NCBI GenBank assembly: GCA_913020725.1
Contig: CAJWCD010000065.1
Coordinates: forward strand, 1-20,372
From: an uncultured Pseudomonadota bacterium
GTDB taxonomy: Bacteria; SAR324; NAC60-12
Reading direction: 5' to 3'
DNA length: 20,372 nt
Shown: in pieces, positions 1-8,375 of the stretch
Position numbering within the stretch: the stretch's first letter is position 1
Layout: the number at the start of each line of letters is the position of its first letter
Program-made: the position numbers and the translations under genes
Notes under the pieces: model-generated
What the model was told of the DNA's origin: nothing
The model's input: only the letters and a program-made list of their open reading frames with translations
The model's database searches: none

Positions 1-1
1 C

Positions 2-1162
2 CTCAACCGTGGCGATGCCCACCGTGGGACACTGCCAGCCGGGCATTTCCTCGTAGGTCGGCTCGGCGGCCTCCACGTTCCGGGAGGGCAGCGTGGCGAC
101 AATTTCTCCGCTGGGAATCCGATAGCCCGTGGCAATCCGGAGGGTTTCCAGCGCATCCAGCACGTCGAGCTTGGTGACGGCGAGGCTGGTGATGCCGTTG
201 AGCCGCACGGCCTGTCGCACCAGTACGGCATCAAACCAGCCACAGCGCCGGGGTCGTCCGGTGGTCGCGCCGAACTCGCGGCCTTCCTTGCGCAGAAACT
301 CACCCGTTTCGTCAAAGAGTTCTGTGGGAAACGGCCCCGTGCCCACTCGCGTGGTGTAGGCTTTCACGATGCCCACTACATCCGTGATGCGTGTGGGGCC
401 GATGCCACAGCCTGTGCAAACTCCACCTGCCAAGGTGTTGGATGAGGTCACGAAGGGATAGGTGCCGTGATCCACATCGAGAAACGTGCCCTGCGCTCCT
501 TCAAAAAGCAGGTGCTTCCCGTCATCAATCATGTCGTTGACGAGGATTGAGGAATCAACCACATAAGTTTGGATCATTTCGTACTGCCGCTGGCACTCTT
601 CCAGAACCGGTTCCAGTTCAAAAGGAGGTTCGTCGGCCTCAAAATTCGTGAGCAGGCGGTTTTTCTCGGCAATCAGGAATTCGAGTTTCGAGCGCAGGTC
701 TACCGCATCTCCCAAGTCACCCACGCGCAAGCCTGCCCGTCCCACCTTGTCTGCATAGGTTGGGCCGATGCCGCGTCCGGTGGTGCCGAGCTTGTTTGTG
801 CCTCGCAAGACTTCCCGGAGTCGGTCGAAGGTTTTATGCCAGGGCATCACCACATGCGCTCGGTCGCTCACCTTTAGCGTGTCCTCGACCGCGATGCCCG
901 CCTTCCGGAGGTTGTCGATTTCCTGCGCCAAGCTGGCAACGTCCACCACCACGCCGTTGCCCAAGATCGAGGGCTTGCCCCGCAGGATTCCGGAGGGGAT
1001 GAGGTGGAGGATGAAGGTGCGATCCTCGAACATCACCGTGTGCCCAGCGTTTGCGCCTCCCTGATAGCGCACCACGGCATCCGCGTGTTCCGTCAGCAGG
1101 TCCACGATCTTGCCTTTGCCCTCGTCGCCCCACTGCGAACCGACCACCACCACACACGCCAT
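2..1162 (-). CDS. purA: Adenylosuccinate synthetase (3' end beyond window)
   Basis: Manual translation from ATG at 1162: MACVVVVGSQWGDEGKGKIVDLLTEHADAVVRYQGGANAGHTV...LHLIPSGI; later FEGAQGTFLDVDHGTYPFVTSS, EFGATTGRPRRCGWFD, TKLDVLD. Same frame continues to the window edge (…PTYEEMPGWQ…). Absent from the ORF track because it has no stop in the window. Confidence 0.98.
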   Translation of the reverse strand, partial: MACVVVVGSQWGDEGKGKIVDLLTEHADAVVRYQGGANAGHTVMFEDRTFILHLIPSGILRGKPSILGNGVVVDVASLAQEIDNLRKAGIAVEDTLKVSDRAHVVMPWHKTFDRLREVLRGTNKLGTTGRGIGPTYADKVGRAGLRVGDLGDAVDLRSKLEFLIAEKNRLLTNFEADEPPFELEPVLEECQRQYEMIQTYVVDSSILVNDMIDDGKHLLFEGAQGTFLDVDHGTYPFVTSSNTLAGGVCTGCGIGPTRITDVVGIVKAYTTRVGTGPFPTELFDETGEFLRKEGREFGATTGRPRRCGWFDAVLVRQAVRLNGITSLAVTKLDVLDALETLRIATGYRIPSGEIVATLPSRNVEAAEPTYEEMPGWQCPTVGIATVE

Positions 1163-1197
1163 GTCCGAAAAATCCCGTTAGAGTTACTGCTAAAAAC

Positions 1198-1273
1198 TCA
1201 CCACAGAGAGGCACAGGGTGCACAGAGAAAAATAAAAAAACAACCCTCTGCGCCCTCCGCACCTCTGCGGTGA
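1198..1273. repeat. REP-like imperfect inverted repeat built from CACAGAG/CTCTGCG units with an A-rich loop
   Basis: Left arm TCACCACAGAGAGGCACAGGGTGCACAGAG (1198-1227); reverse complement of right arm (1246-1273) is TCACCGCAGAGGTGCGGAGGGCGCAGAG; loop AAAAATAAAAAAACAACC. On the minus strand the hairpin is followed by GTTTTT. Confidence 0.75.
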
Positions 1274-1279
1274 ATCAAA

Positions 1280-2089
1280 TTACCGAGCCAGTTCCTTGGC
1301 TCGTTGATAGGCTTTTTGCAAGCCCTCTTGCAGGTGCTGCCCCACGGCTTGCGACTCGAAATGCGTCACTGCCGCCTCGGTGGTTCCTCCCGGCGAGGTC
1401 ACTTGCCGCCGTAGGGTTGCTGCCGAAACGCCTTTTTGCTCCCAGAGCAAGATAGCCCCCCGCAGCGTTTTTTGCACCAGCGTTTGCGCTGCCGATTCTG
1501 AAAACCCCAAATCTTGCGCTGCCACCATCATCTGTTCGGCAAGGTAAAAAACGTAGGCGGGTCCACTTCCGGAAACCGCCGTTGCCGCGTCAATCGCGTC
1601 CTCGTGGTCCACCTCCAAGCACGTTCCACACGCACCAAAAACCGCCTGCACTTGCTTGCGACTGGCTTCCGGAACCGCAGGATCGGCGTAAACGACAGTC
1701 ATGCCTTCCCCAAGTTGCGCGGGCGTGTTGGGCATGGTCCGGACGAGGCGCTCGTGCCCCAGTCCGTTCCTCAGCGTGGTCAAACTGATGCCCGCCATCA
1801 CGGACACCACGGTCTGCTCCGGAATCAGATGAGACCGGAGTTCTGCCAGCACCAATGGCGCTCCCTGCGGTTTGGTCGCGAGTAGCAGCAGTTCGTATTC
1901 GGAAACACGCCCGTCCATTTTGGACTGCACGGCGCATCCAGTTGCTTCCGAGAGGGCTGCGGCTTTTTCGGCTTCCGGCTCGACGAGCAGCAATCGTTCC
2001 GCAGGCACGATCCCCTGCGAGACCACCGCCCGCAGGATCGCACCTCCCATGTTGCCACCGCCAATCAGCGCCAGCGAGGCTCTTTCCAT
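1280..2089 (-). CDS. proC: Pyrroline-5-carboxylate reductase
   Basis: IGGGNMGGAI Rossmann motif, KPQ, RTMPNTP, TAVSGSGPAY, VTSPGGTT; 269 aa. Confidence 0.97.
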   Translation of the reverse strand: MERASLALIGGGNMGGAILRAVVSQGIVPAERLLLVEPEAEKAAALSEATGCAVQSKMDGRVSEYELLLLATKPQGAPLVLAELRSHLIPEQTVVSVMAGISLTTLRNGLGHERLVRTMPNTPAQLGEGMTVVYADPAVPEASRKQVQAVFGACGTCLEVDHEDAIDAATAVSGSGPAYVFYLAEQMMVAAQDLGFSESAAQTLVQKTLRGAILLWEQKGVSAATLRRQVTSPGGTTEAAVTHFESQAVGQHLQEGLQKAYQRAKELAR

Positions 2090-2199
2090 ACGTTTTCCAA
2101 GAAGTTGTACACGCTCACAGCTTAGCAGTTCCTGACCAAGATTCCAGTAGAAAACCAGCGGAGTTTGACTTCTCCGGACACCTCTGGTGTGCTAGTCCC

Positions 2200-3018
2200 A
2201 TGATATCCACGACCCCACCTGTTGAACTGAATCTGCCCCATCCGCAGGGTTTCCTGTACTTTGTTGCGGATTCTCACCTCGACACTCAGGACGCTCCGTG
2301 GGATGAGTTCGTCACTATGCTGGATGCGCTTCCGGACGCCCATGCCCTGATCTGCCTGGGAGACCTCTTCAAGGTCTGGCTGGCGCACCCGAAGTTTTGG
2401 GTGAAAATGCACGAGGAGGTGATGGCGGGATTCGCTAGGTTGCGGGAACGGACGGCGGCGGTAGCTTTTGTGGTCGGCAATCGGGAGGTGCTGGTTCCCG
2501 GCAACGCTCGCAGCTCGGACCGCGACGCCCTCCCCTTCACCCACATCGCACATGACGAACTGCGACTGCACTGGGGACCGCGCACCTACCGCTGCTTTCA
2601 CGGAGACACGCTCAACACACGGGATCGGCAGTACCTGCGCTGGCGGACCATCTGTCGGAGTCGCCTGTTCACGGGTTTTTTCCGGAACCTTCCCGGACCA
2701 CTCGCCCGCAAGATCGCAGACCGCGTTGAGGCCAGTCTCAACCACACCAACCGCGAATTCAAGATCGTCTTTCCGGAAGACGAAGTCGAACACTTCGCCG
2801 CGCAAGTTCTGCCCGGAACCGACGGCACCTTCATCGGGCATTTCCATCTCGACCGCGAAATCCGCATCTCCGACTGTGACGCGACCCTCCGGATTGTTCC
2901 GGACTGGCTGGCACAACGCACCGTGCTGCGACTGGATGCAGAAGGTCAAATTGAGCGATTGCGGTTTGCAGACGGGCAGTGGTCAAGCCCTCTAAATGAT
3001 CAAGACTCTGGAGCGTAA
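2200..3018 (+). CDS. lpxH: UDP-2,3-diacylglucosamine diphosphatase (LpxH-like metallophosphoesterase)
   Basis: Calcineurin-like motifs ADSHL, LGDLF, GNRE (Arg in place of His is typical of LpxH), HGD..D.QY..WR, GHFH. Start placed at ATG 2200; the track's 1855 start overlaps proC. Confidence 0.8.
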   Translation: MISTTPPVELNLPHPQGFLYFVADSHLDTQDAPWDEFVTMLDALPDAHALICLGDLFKVWLAHPKFWVKMHEEVMAGFARLRERTAAVAFVVGNREVLVPGNARSSDRDALPFTHIAHDELRLHWGPRTYRCFHGDTLNTRDRQYLRWRTICRSRLFTGFFRNLPGPLARKIADRVEASLNHTNREFKIVFPEDEVEHFAAQVLPGTDGTFIGHFHLDREIRISDCDATLRIVPDWLAQRTVLRLDAEGQIERLRFADGQWSSPLNDQDSGA

Positions 3019-3734
3019 GGGATCATGCCTTCCGGAATGGTGAAATCCAGCGGAACTCCCGAGGTTACAGGAAATACAACCTCCGTGAAGGCCAGCACGA
3101 GACGATTGTGGTCAAGTGCCTCAGTGATGAAAACTTTGCGAGGAAAGGACTGTCCGGAAAACGTTTGATAGCCGGAGATTCGCACCGTGTATTTCTCGAG
3201 GCCGTCCACCGCTTTCGTCAGCGTTTGCAAGTGACTGGACTCGTCGAGGGTGATGCGGAGAGTTGCGGATTCACGCTGGAGGGTTTGCGCTCCTGTATCC
3301 GCACCGATCACCTGCCATCCGGACATCGATGGCTCTGGAATACGCCCGCGCACGATCCATCCCAGTTCCTCCAAGGACAAATCCATCCCCAGCCACTCCT
3401 GCCGGACTTCCGGGGTGTTCTCGTCCAGCCAGTAGCGAGATTCTTGATGGTTCAGCACCAGAAAACGCTTCGGATCGCTACGCAACTCGTAGAGCAATGA
3501 CCCCACCAACGGTGCGAAAATTTGCAAGCGGAGGTGGTTGTCCGGACTCAGTTCAAGCGCCAATTCACCGGTGTGTTTTTCGCCACCGACGGCAAGGAGG
3601 ATGCGCCCCGAAGCGCGGAGATGTCCGGAGGAAAGTGAGGAACTTGGGATTTGGGGAGGAGCAGGGGTACGGCACCCTGCAATTAGGAGGATGCCGATAA
3701 AGAGAACGAGAACGCCACGCAGGCGGGGCTTCAC
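3000..3734 (-). CDS. Lipoprotein, LolB-like / DUF4292-like fold
   Basis: GTG start, basic N-terminus, hydrophobic stretch and lipobox LIAG-C; LQIFAPLVGSLL and WLGMDLSLEELGWIVRG resemble LolB-family segments. Overlaps the lpxH 3' end by 19 nt (convergent). Confidence 0.6.
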   Translation of the reverse strand: MKPRLRGVLVLFIGILLIAGCRTPAPPQIPSSSLSSGHLRASGRILLAVGGEKHTGELALELSPDNHLRLQIFAPLVGSLLYELRSDPKRFLVLNHQESRYWLDENTPEVRQEWLGMDLSLEELGWIVRGRIPEPSMSGWQVIGADTGAQTLQRESATLRITLDESSHLQTLTKAVDGLEKYTVRISGYQTFSGQSFPRKVFITEALDHNRLVLAFTEVVFPVTSGVPLDFTIPEGMIPYAPES

Positions 3735-3832
3735 GCCTTGTCCTGTAGGAACACCTTCTCGACAACGTAGAACAGTGCGAGGTAGAGGGTGCCCAGAACA
3801 AAGACCGTGACCAGAACGTTCATTTCATGCAT
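3731..3832 (-). CDS. 33-aa single-pass membrane microprotein (MHEMNVLVTVFVLGTLYLALFYVVEKVFLQDKA)
   Basis: GGAG 8 nt before ATG 3832; about 19-residue hydrophobic core; TGA stop overlaps the GTG start of the lipoprotein (GTGA). Confidence 0.7.
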   Translation of the reverse strand: MHEMNVLVTVFVLGTLYLALFYVVEKVFLQDKA

Positions 3833-3882
3833 CGTTTCAACTCCGAGATTGGATTGGATTGACAAGCAATCGTAATTCTGGA

Positions 3883-3911
3883 GTTATACAGGATTCGGCC
3901 TTAAGATTCAA
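3883..3911 (-). promoter_or_regulatory. Candidate sigma70 promoter for the microprotein-lipoprotein operon
   Basis: Minus strand TTGAAT-N17-TATAAC about 50 nt upstream of ATG 3832; the -10 lacks the conserved final T. Confidence 0.35.
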
Positions 3912-3944
3912 TCTCTTCCCGCAATCAAAGATTTTCCGCTCCAG

Positions 3945-4862
3945 ATGACCCAATCCGAAACCACCACTGGGCTGCTCTATGCCGTGCTGTGCTACAGCTT
4001 CTGGGGTTTCGTCCCGCTCTACTGGAAACTCTTTGGCACCCTGCCTGTCATCGAGATTCTTGCCCACCGGATGGTTTGGTCGCTTGCTTTTGTGCTGGGG
4101 ATACTGGCAGTGCAGGGGCGCTTTCAGGAACTTCGGGAGGCATTGTTTCCCTCCAAACAACTCCTCATCCTTCTCACCACTGCAGTCCTGATCACCTGCA
4201 CCTGGAGCCTCTACGTTTACAGCGTTCTCACCGATCAGGTCATTGAAACCAGCATCGGCTTCTACATCAATCCACTCGTGAGCATCATGTTCGGCTTCCT
4301 TTTCCTCAAGGAGCGGCTCAACCATTGGCAAATGCTGGCAATTGTCCTTGTGTTTGCTGGAGTGGCGAACCTCGTCTGGAATTTCGGAACATTACCGTGG
4401 ATTGCACTGGGGCTCGCTTTCAGTTTCGGACTTTACGGACTGCTCCGGAAAATCGCGCCCGTTGCCCCGCTGATTGGCTTGACAGTCGAAACCCTGTTGC
4501 TCACCCCCGTTGCTTTGCTGGCCATCGGTTACTGGGTTTGGGACGGCTCCAGTCATTTTGGCAAAGGTGAGTGGCTCGATCTGCTCTACCTCGGCTCCGG
4601 AATCGTCACCGCCCTTCCGCTGCTTTGGTTTGCCAACGCTGCCAAGCGCTTGCGGCTCTCCACGGTCGGGCTCTTCCAGTACCTTGCCCCCAGCATCCAG
4701 TTGATCCTCGCCATTCACTTCTACCACGAACCCTTCACCTCTACCCATCTGGTTACTTTCGGTTGCATTTGGGCCGCGCTCGCCCTCTACTCCGGGAACT
4801 CGATTCTAGAAAACCACCGACTCCGTGTTGCCAAGGCGCGAACGAGCGTGGCGCTAATGTAG
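3945..4862 (+). CDS. rarD: EamA/DMT-family transporter RarD
   Basis: WGFVPLYWK, EILAHRMVWS, SIGFYINPLV, SFGLYGLLRK, GLFQYLAPS; about 10 TM segments; 305 aa. Confidence 0.93.
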   Translation: MTQSETTTGLLYAVLCYSFWGFVPLYWKLFGTLPVIEILAHRMVWSLAFVLGILAVQGRFQELREALFPSKQLLILLTTAVLITCTWSLYVYSVLTDQVIETSIGFYINPLVSIMFGFLFLKERLNHWQMLAIVLVFAGVANLVWNFGTLPWIALGLAFSFGLYGLLRKIAPVAPLIGLTVETLLLTPVALLAIGYWVWDGSSHFGKGEWLDLLYLGSGIVTALPLLWFANAAKRLRLSTVGLFQYLAPSIQLILAIHFYHEPFTSTHLVTFGCIWAALALYSGNSILENHRLRVAKARTSVALM

Positions 4863-4983
4863 GGGCTGCGGTTCAGATGGAATGAACCTGCTTCTCATTG
4901 ATGTCAAGTGCTGGTGCAAAGGCAGTCATTGCCATCCGTCACATAACCCACGATAATGGACGAGCGTTTGCACGGATTGACAC

Positions 4984-6231
4984 ATGCCTATCTTTCACTA
5001 CCAAGCCCTTGACCCCAGCGGCACCCTGCACAAGGGTAGCCAGGACGCGACCACAGAAACCGAGGTGCGGCAGTTTCTGCGTGAAAAGCAGTGGTTCCCC
5101 ACCGAAATCCGGACAAGCCGTTTTACGTTCTCGCATCGGAAATCCGGGAGCGCCTCGAAAACGTCTTTCAAGCTGCCCAAGCTCTTCAGTCGCAGCAACC
5201 ACCAACGCTCACTGACGTTGTTTACCCGGCAGATCGAGGTGCTGCTGGATGCGACGATTCCCTACGACAAGGCGTTCCAACTCATCATCCCGCAAACGCA
5301 GGATCCCAAATTCCAGAGCATCCTTTCCGATGTCCGGGGTCGTGTGGTGGAAGGAAAATCGCTTGCCGGTGCGATGGCTCAGCATCCGGAAGCGTTTCCG
5401 GCGATGTATGTGAGCATGGTGCGCTCCGGGGAGAACGGCGGCACCCTTGGTGTGATTATGCGGCGGCTGGCGGAGTACTTTGAGCAGCGGGAGCAACTCC
5501 GGGGGCGGCTACGTTCTGCGATGATCTATCCTGCATTCATGACCGTCTTCGGAATCGCGGTGGTCGCGTTCATGGTGACGGCGGTGGTGCCCAAAATCGC
5601 GCAAATCTTCGAGGCGCAGGAAGCGGCCCTGCCCTTGCCCACTCGGATCCTACTTGGTCTCAGCGAGATGGTGACCCAACACTGGTGGGCACTGCTGCTC
5701 GGATTTGGACTGATTGCCACAGGATTTTCCACGTTCTGGAAGAGTCCGATCGGACAACGCTGGCAGGATCGGCTGGAGTTGACCCTTCCGGGGCTGAGTC
5801 AGCTGCGCATCAAGATTCTGGTCGCCCGCTTTTGCCAAACGCTGGGGCTGCTGCTGAAAAGCGGGGTGGACCTCAAGACGGCACTGGAAATCTCGAAGTA
5901 TGTGGTTGTCAACCGCAACTTCATTGCCCGACTCGACCAACTCATCATTGATGTCCACAACAAGGGAATGCCGCTCTCGGCAGCAATGGCGAGGATTGAA
6001 CTCTTTCCGGAATACGTCCGCCATGTCGTTGCCATCGGCGAGGAGGCGGCGCGGCTCGACGAACTGCTGGAACGGGTTGCGGAGCGGATGCAGGAGGAAA
6101 TCGGTGGGCTGCTGGAAGGACTCACCGCACTGCTGCAACCCGCCCTGATCCTGCTCATGGGTGGAGTGGTGGGCTTTATTGCGCTGGCGGTGTTACTGCC
6201 AATGCTCTCCATGAATCAGCTTTTGAGGTAG
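4984..6231 (+). CDS. gspF: Type II secretion / type IV pilus inner-membrane platform protein (GspF/PilC)
   Basis: MPIFHYQALDPSG start, FTRQ, EGKSLA.AM..HP..FP.MY.SMV.SGE..G.L, AMIYP, LPLPTRIL, IGEE, LLQPALI..MG.VV..I.LA.LLP; 415 aa. Confidence 0.92.
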   Translation: MPIFHYQALDPSGTLHKGSQDATTETEVRQFLREKQWFPTEIRTSRFTFSHRKSGSASKTSFKLPKLFSRSNHQRSLTLFTRQIEVLLDATIPYDKAFQLIIPQTQDPKFQSILSDVRGRVVEGKSLAGAMAQHPEAFPAMYVSMVRSGENGGTLGVIMRRLAEYFEQREQLRGRLRSAMIYPAFMTVFGIAVVAFMVTAVVPKIAQIFEAQEAALPLPTRILLGLSEMVTQHWWALLLGFGLIATGFSTFWKSPIGQRWQDRLELTLPGLSQLRIKILVARFCQTLGLLLKSGVDLKTALEISKYVVVNRNFIARLDQLIIDVHNKGMPLSAAMARIELFPEYVRHVVAIGEEAARLDELLERVAERMQEEIGGLLEGLTALLQPALILLMGGVVGFIALAVLLPMLSMNQLLR

Positions 6232-6309
6232 CCGCTGGTTCATTTCCGAATTGCAATTCTGGAAAAGATGCGTTCTTCTTGAAGAAAGCTCACCTGCGAC
6301 AAAACGACA

Positions 6310-6771
6310 ATGCGAGTACTCCAAGGGCTGCTGCTGTTGGCCCTACTCCTGCCCGCGAGCCTCTGCGCGGAAGAAATCGGCAGCGTGGACACGGTGTTCA
6401 AGCTCATTGGTCCTGACCACAAAATCGTCATCGAGGCGTTTGACGATCCGGTGGTGGTGGGTGTCGCCTGCCACCTCAGCCGCGCCAAGCAGGGCGGGAT
6501 CACTGGTGCCTTGGGCTTGGCGGAAGACACGTCTGACGCCTCCATCGCCTGTCGGCAGATTGGCCCCATTCACTTCAAACGCGAATTCAAGAACGGAGAA
6601 GAAGTCTTTAGCAAGCGCACCTCGCTGGTTTTCAAGACCCTGCAGGTGGTGCGTTTTCTCGACAAAAAGCGTAACGTGCTGATTTACTTGGTGTACAGTG
6701 ACAAGCTTGTTGAGGGCAGCCCCAAGAACTCGATTTCCACCGTTCCCATCATGCCGTGGAAGAATCCGTAG
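6310..6771 (+). CDS. creA: CreA family exported protein
   Basis: Signal peptide then [57 protein letters not shown]...[15 protein letters not shown]. Confidence 0.95.
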   Translation: MRVLQGLLLLALLLPASLCAEEIGSVDTVFKLIGPDHKIVIEAFDDPVVVGVACHLSRAKQGGITGALGLAEDTSDASIACRQIGPIHFKREFKNGEEVFSKRTSLVFKTLQVVRFLDKKRNVLIYLVYSDKLVEGSPKNSISTVPIMPWKNP

Positions 6772-6799
6772 CCTTTTGGAAAAATCTGCAACTGTGAAC

Positions 6800-6829
6800 T
6801 TGACGTAGCTGTCCCAACTTTGCTAACGT
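6800..6829 (+). promoter_or_regulatory. Candidate sigma70 promoter (extended -10)
   Basis: TTGACG (6800-6805), N18 ending in TGC, TAACGT (6824-6829); upstream of the 6895 small ORF. Confidence 0.5.
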
Positions 6830-6894
6830 GAACTTAACTTCCGGATTGTCCAACAATGATTCGGACTTCCCAACATCCCCACCGAGACTGATCT

Positions 6895-7056
6895 ATGCGC
6901 ATCGTGATCCTCGTCGTCATCGGACTGCTCTCCTATTTCGTTGTCTTCCTGCCCGGCTACTTCCTACTGGTGCCTCGTGATCCCGATCTGACTTACGAAG
7001 AGGCAATGACGCCAGAGCCGATGCCCCTGCCTGCTGATTCCGCAGTAAATCAGTAG
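6895..7056 (+). CDS. 53-aa membrane-anchored small protein (MRIVILVVIGLLSYFVVFLPGYFLLVPRDPDLTYEEAMTPEPMPLPADSAVNQ)
   Basis: ATG 6895 to TAG 7056; 24-residue hydrophobic N-terminus followed by an acidic, Pro-rich tail; fills the gap downstream of a promoter-like motif; weak RBS. Confidence 0.6.
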   Translation: MRIVILVVIGLLSYFVVFLPGYFLLVPRDPDLTYEEAMTPEPMPLPADSAVNQ

Positions 7057-7146
7057 AGGTCGTTTGTCTTTGCAGGCTTTTCCGAAGCTTGCTCCGCTGG
7101 GGGTGCCTGCCCCCAATCTCCTCACCCTCGTTCATGGAGAATGCCC

Positions 7147-7434
7147 ATGTCGATTCATCTGGAATTCAAGAACGTCCGCAATTCTGAAGCAGTAACCACC
7201 CACGTTCACGAGCTTTTCCGGGAACTGATCCAAATCACGGAGGATCGGTTTGCTTTCCATGTGAGTATGAGCAAGCTTAACGAACAACACCAAGTCCACA
7301 TCAACTGCACCTACAACCAGAAAAAGCTCGCCAGCAGTGCAGAACATGTCAACCTCTACAAGGCGCTTTCCAAAGGCGTTGATGCCATGAGAACCCAAGT
7401 GATCCGCAAATCGGAGCGGGCACGGGCTGCCTGA
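7147..7434 (+). CDS. Ribosome hibernation factor HPF/RaiA-like protein (short form, divergent)
   Basis: About 95 aa; IHLEFKNVRNSEAV..HV...LASSAEHVNLYKALSKGVDAMRTQVIR fits the HPF/YfiA pattern. GGAGA lies 6 nt before ATG 7147, whereas ATG 7141 abuts the SD. Confidence 0.7.
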   Translation: MSIHLEFKNVRNSEAVTTHVHELFRELIQITEDRFAFHVSMSKLNEQHQVHINCTYNQKKLASSAEHVNLYKALSKGVDAMRTQVIRKSERARAA

Positions 7435-7447
7435 TCACCTCACTCTC

Positions 7448-7470
7448 CGGCCCGCCCCAACGGCGGGCCG
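7448..7470 (+). terminator. GC-rich stem-loop after the HPF-like gene
   Basis: CGGCCCGCC-CCAAC-GGCGGGCCG perfect 9-bp stem; only a weak U tract follows (CATTTCC). Confidence 0.5.
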
Positions 7471-7511
7471 CATTTCCACGTCAACCGTTCACCATAAACA
7501 TGGAAGATCGC

Positions 7512-7592
7512 ATGATGAAGTTGGTGGTCGCTGGGGCGGTCATCCTTGTGTTTTTCGCTGTCCTCCGCTGGTCCGGACTCTTCGACGGTTGA
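7512..7592 (+). CDS. 26-aa single-pass membrane microprotein (MMKLVVAGAVILVFFAVLRWSGLFDG; alternative start 7500 adds MEDR)
   Basis: GGAAG before ATGATG; 15-residue hydrophobic core flanked by K and RW; TGA 7590-7592 ends 6 nt from the convergent SDR stop. Confidence 0.5.
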   Translation: MMKLVVAGAVILVFFAVLRWSGLFDG

Positions 7593-7598
7593 GTCCTC

Positions 7599-8375
7599 TC
7601 ACATTGCGCTGAGGCCACCGTCGAGCACAAGCTCACTTCCGGTCATCAGCCGGGATTCCTCGGAGGCAAGATAGAGGACGGCATGTGCGACATCTTCGGG
7701 CTTGCCGACTATTCCCAACGGAATCTGGCGGGCGAGTTTGGCGAGCAGTTCTTCCCGAGATTGGTCGCCTTGAAAAGTGTCGAGAATGGGGGTGTCAATG
7801 AAGACCGGCAGGATAGCGTTGCAGCGAATCCCGGTGCGCTCGCGGGCGCAGTGCAGGGCAACAGAGCGGGTGAGGTGCCGAACCGCCGCTTTGGCGGAGT
7901 TGTAAGCCGCCGTGTTGGGCGCGGCAACGAGTCCAGAGATTGAGGCGATGTTGACCACCGCTCCACCCCCGCTTTTCCGCAGATGCGAAATCGCGTACTT
8001 GCAGCCGAGAAACACGCTGTCCAGATCAACCGCGTGAACCCGTCGCCATTCCTCCAAGCTGAGATCCTCCACACTCCCCAAGGAGGCGATTCCGGCGTTG
8101 TTGACCAGAATGTGCAATCCGCCAAAGTGGGACACCGCCTGTGACAAAACTTCCTGCCATTGCAATTCCTGAGTGACATCGTGTTCCAAGGCAAGTGCCA
8201 CTGCACCCAACGAATCCGCCACCTCCCGGACCTTGGGGCCGTTGATGTCTGTGAGGACTACTCGTGCGCCCTCACGCACCAGCATTCGTGCGATTGCCTC
8301 ACCCAGTCCTTGGGCGGCTCCGGTGATGAGCGCAGTTTTGCCTGCGACTCGTCCTGATTGATTTGGTGCCGTCAT
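7599..8375 (-). CDS. Classical SDR oxidoreductase (3-beta-HSD / cyclopentanol dehydrogenase-like)
   Basis: TGAAQGLG, NNAGI, NIASISG, YNSAK catalytic motif, TGSELVLDGG; AGGAG upstream; 258 aa. Confidence 0.92.
   Translation of the reverse strand: MTAPNQSGRVAGKTALITGAAQGLGEAIARMLVREGARVVLTDINGPKVREVADSLGAVALALEHDVTQELQWQEVLSQAVSHFGGLHILVNNAGIASLGSVEDLSLEEWRRVHAVDLDSVFLGCKYAISHLRKSGGGAVVNIASISGLVAAPNTAAYNSAKAAVRHLTRSVALHCARERTGIRCNAILPVFIDTPILDTFQGDQSREELLAKLARQIPLGIVGKPEDVAHAVLYLASEESRLMTGSELVLDGGLSAM

Noticed and set aside
1855..2199. N-terminal extension of the LpxH ORF in the track
   Set aside because: It overlaps proC on the opposite strand, and LpxH motifs begin only after ATG 2200.
3847..3864. 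GATTG x3 repeat and TTGACA as the rarD promoter
   Set aside because: No -10 element at 16-18 bp spacing; the short repeat is plausible by chance.
6856..6891. 11-codon ORF MIRTSQHPHRD as a leader peptide
   Set aside because: No SD, no amino-acid run and no attenuator structure.
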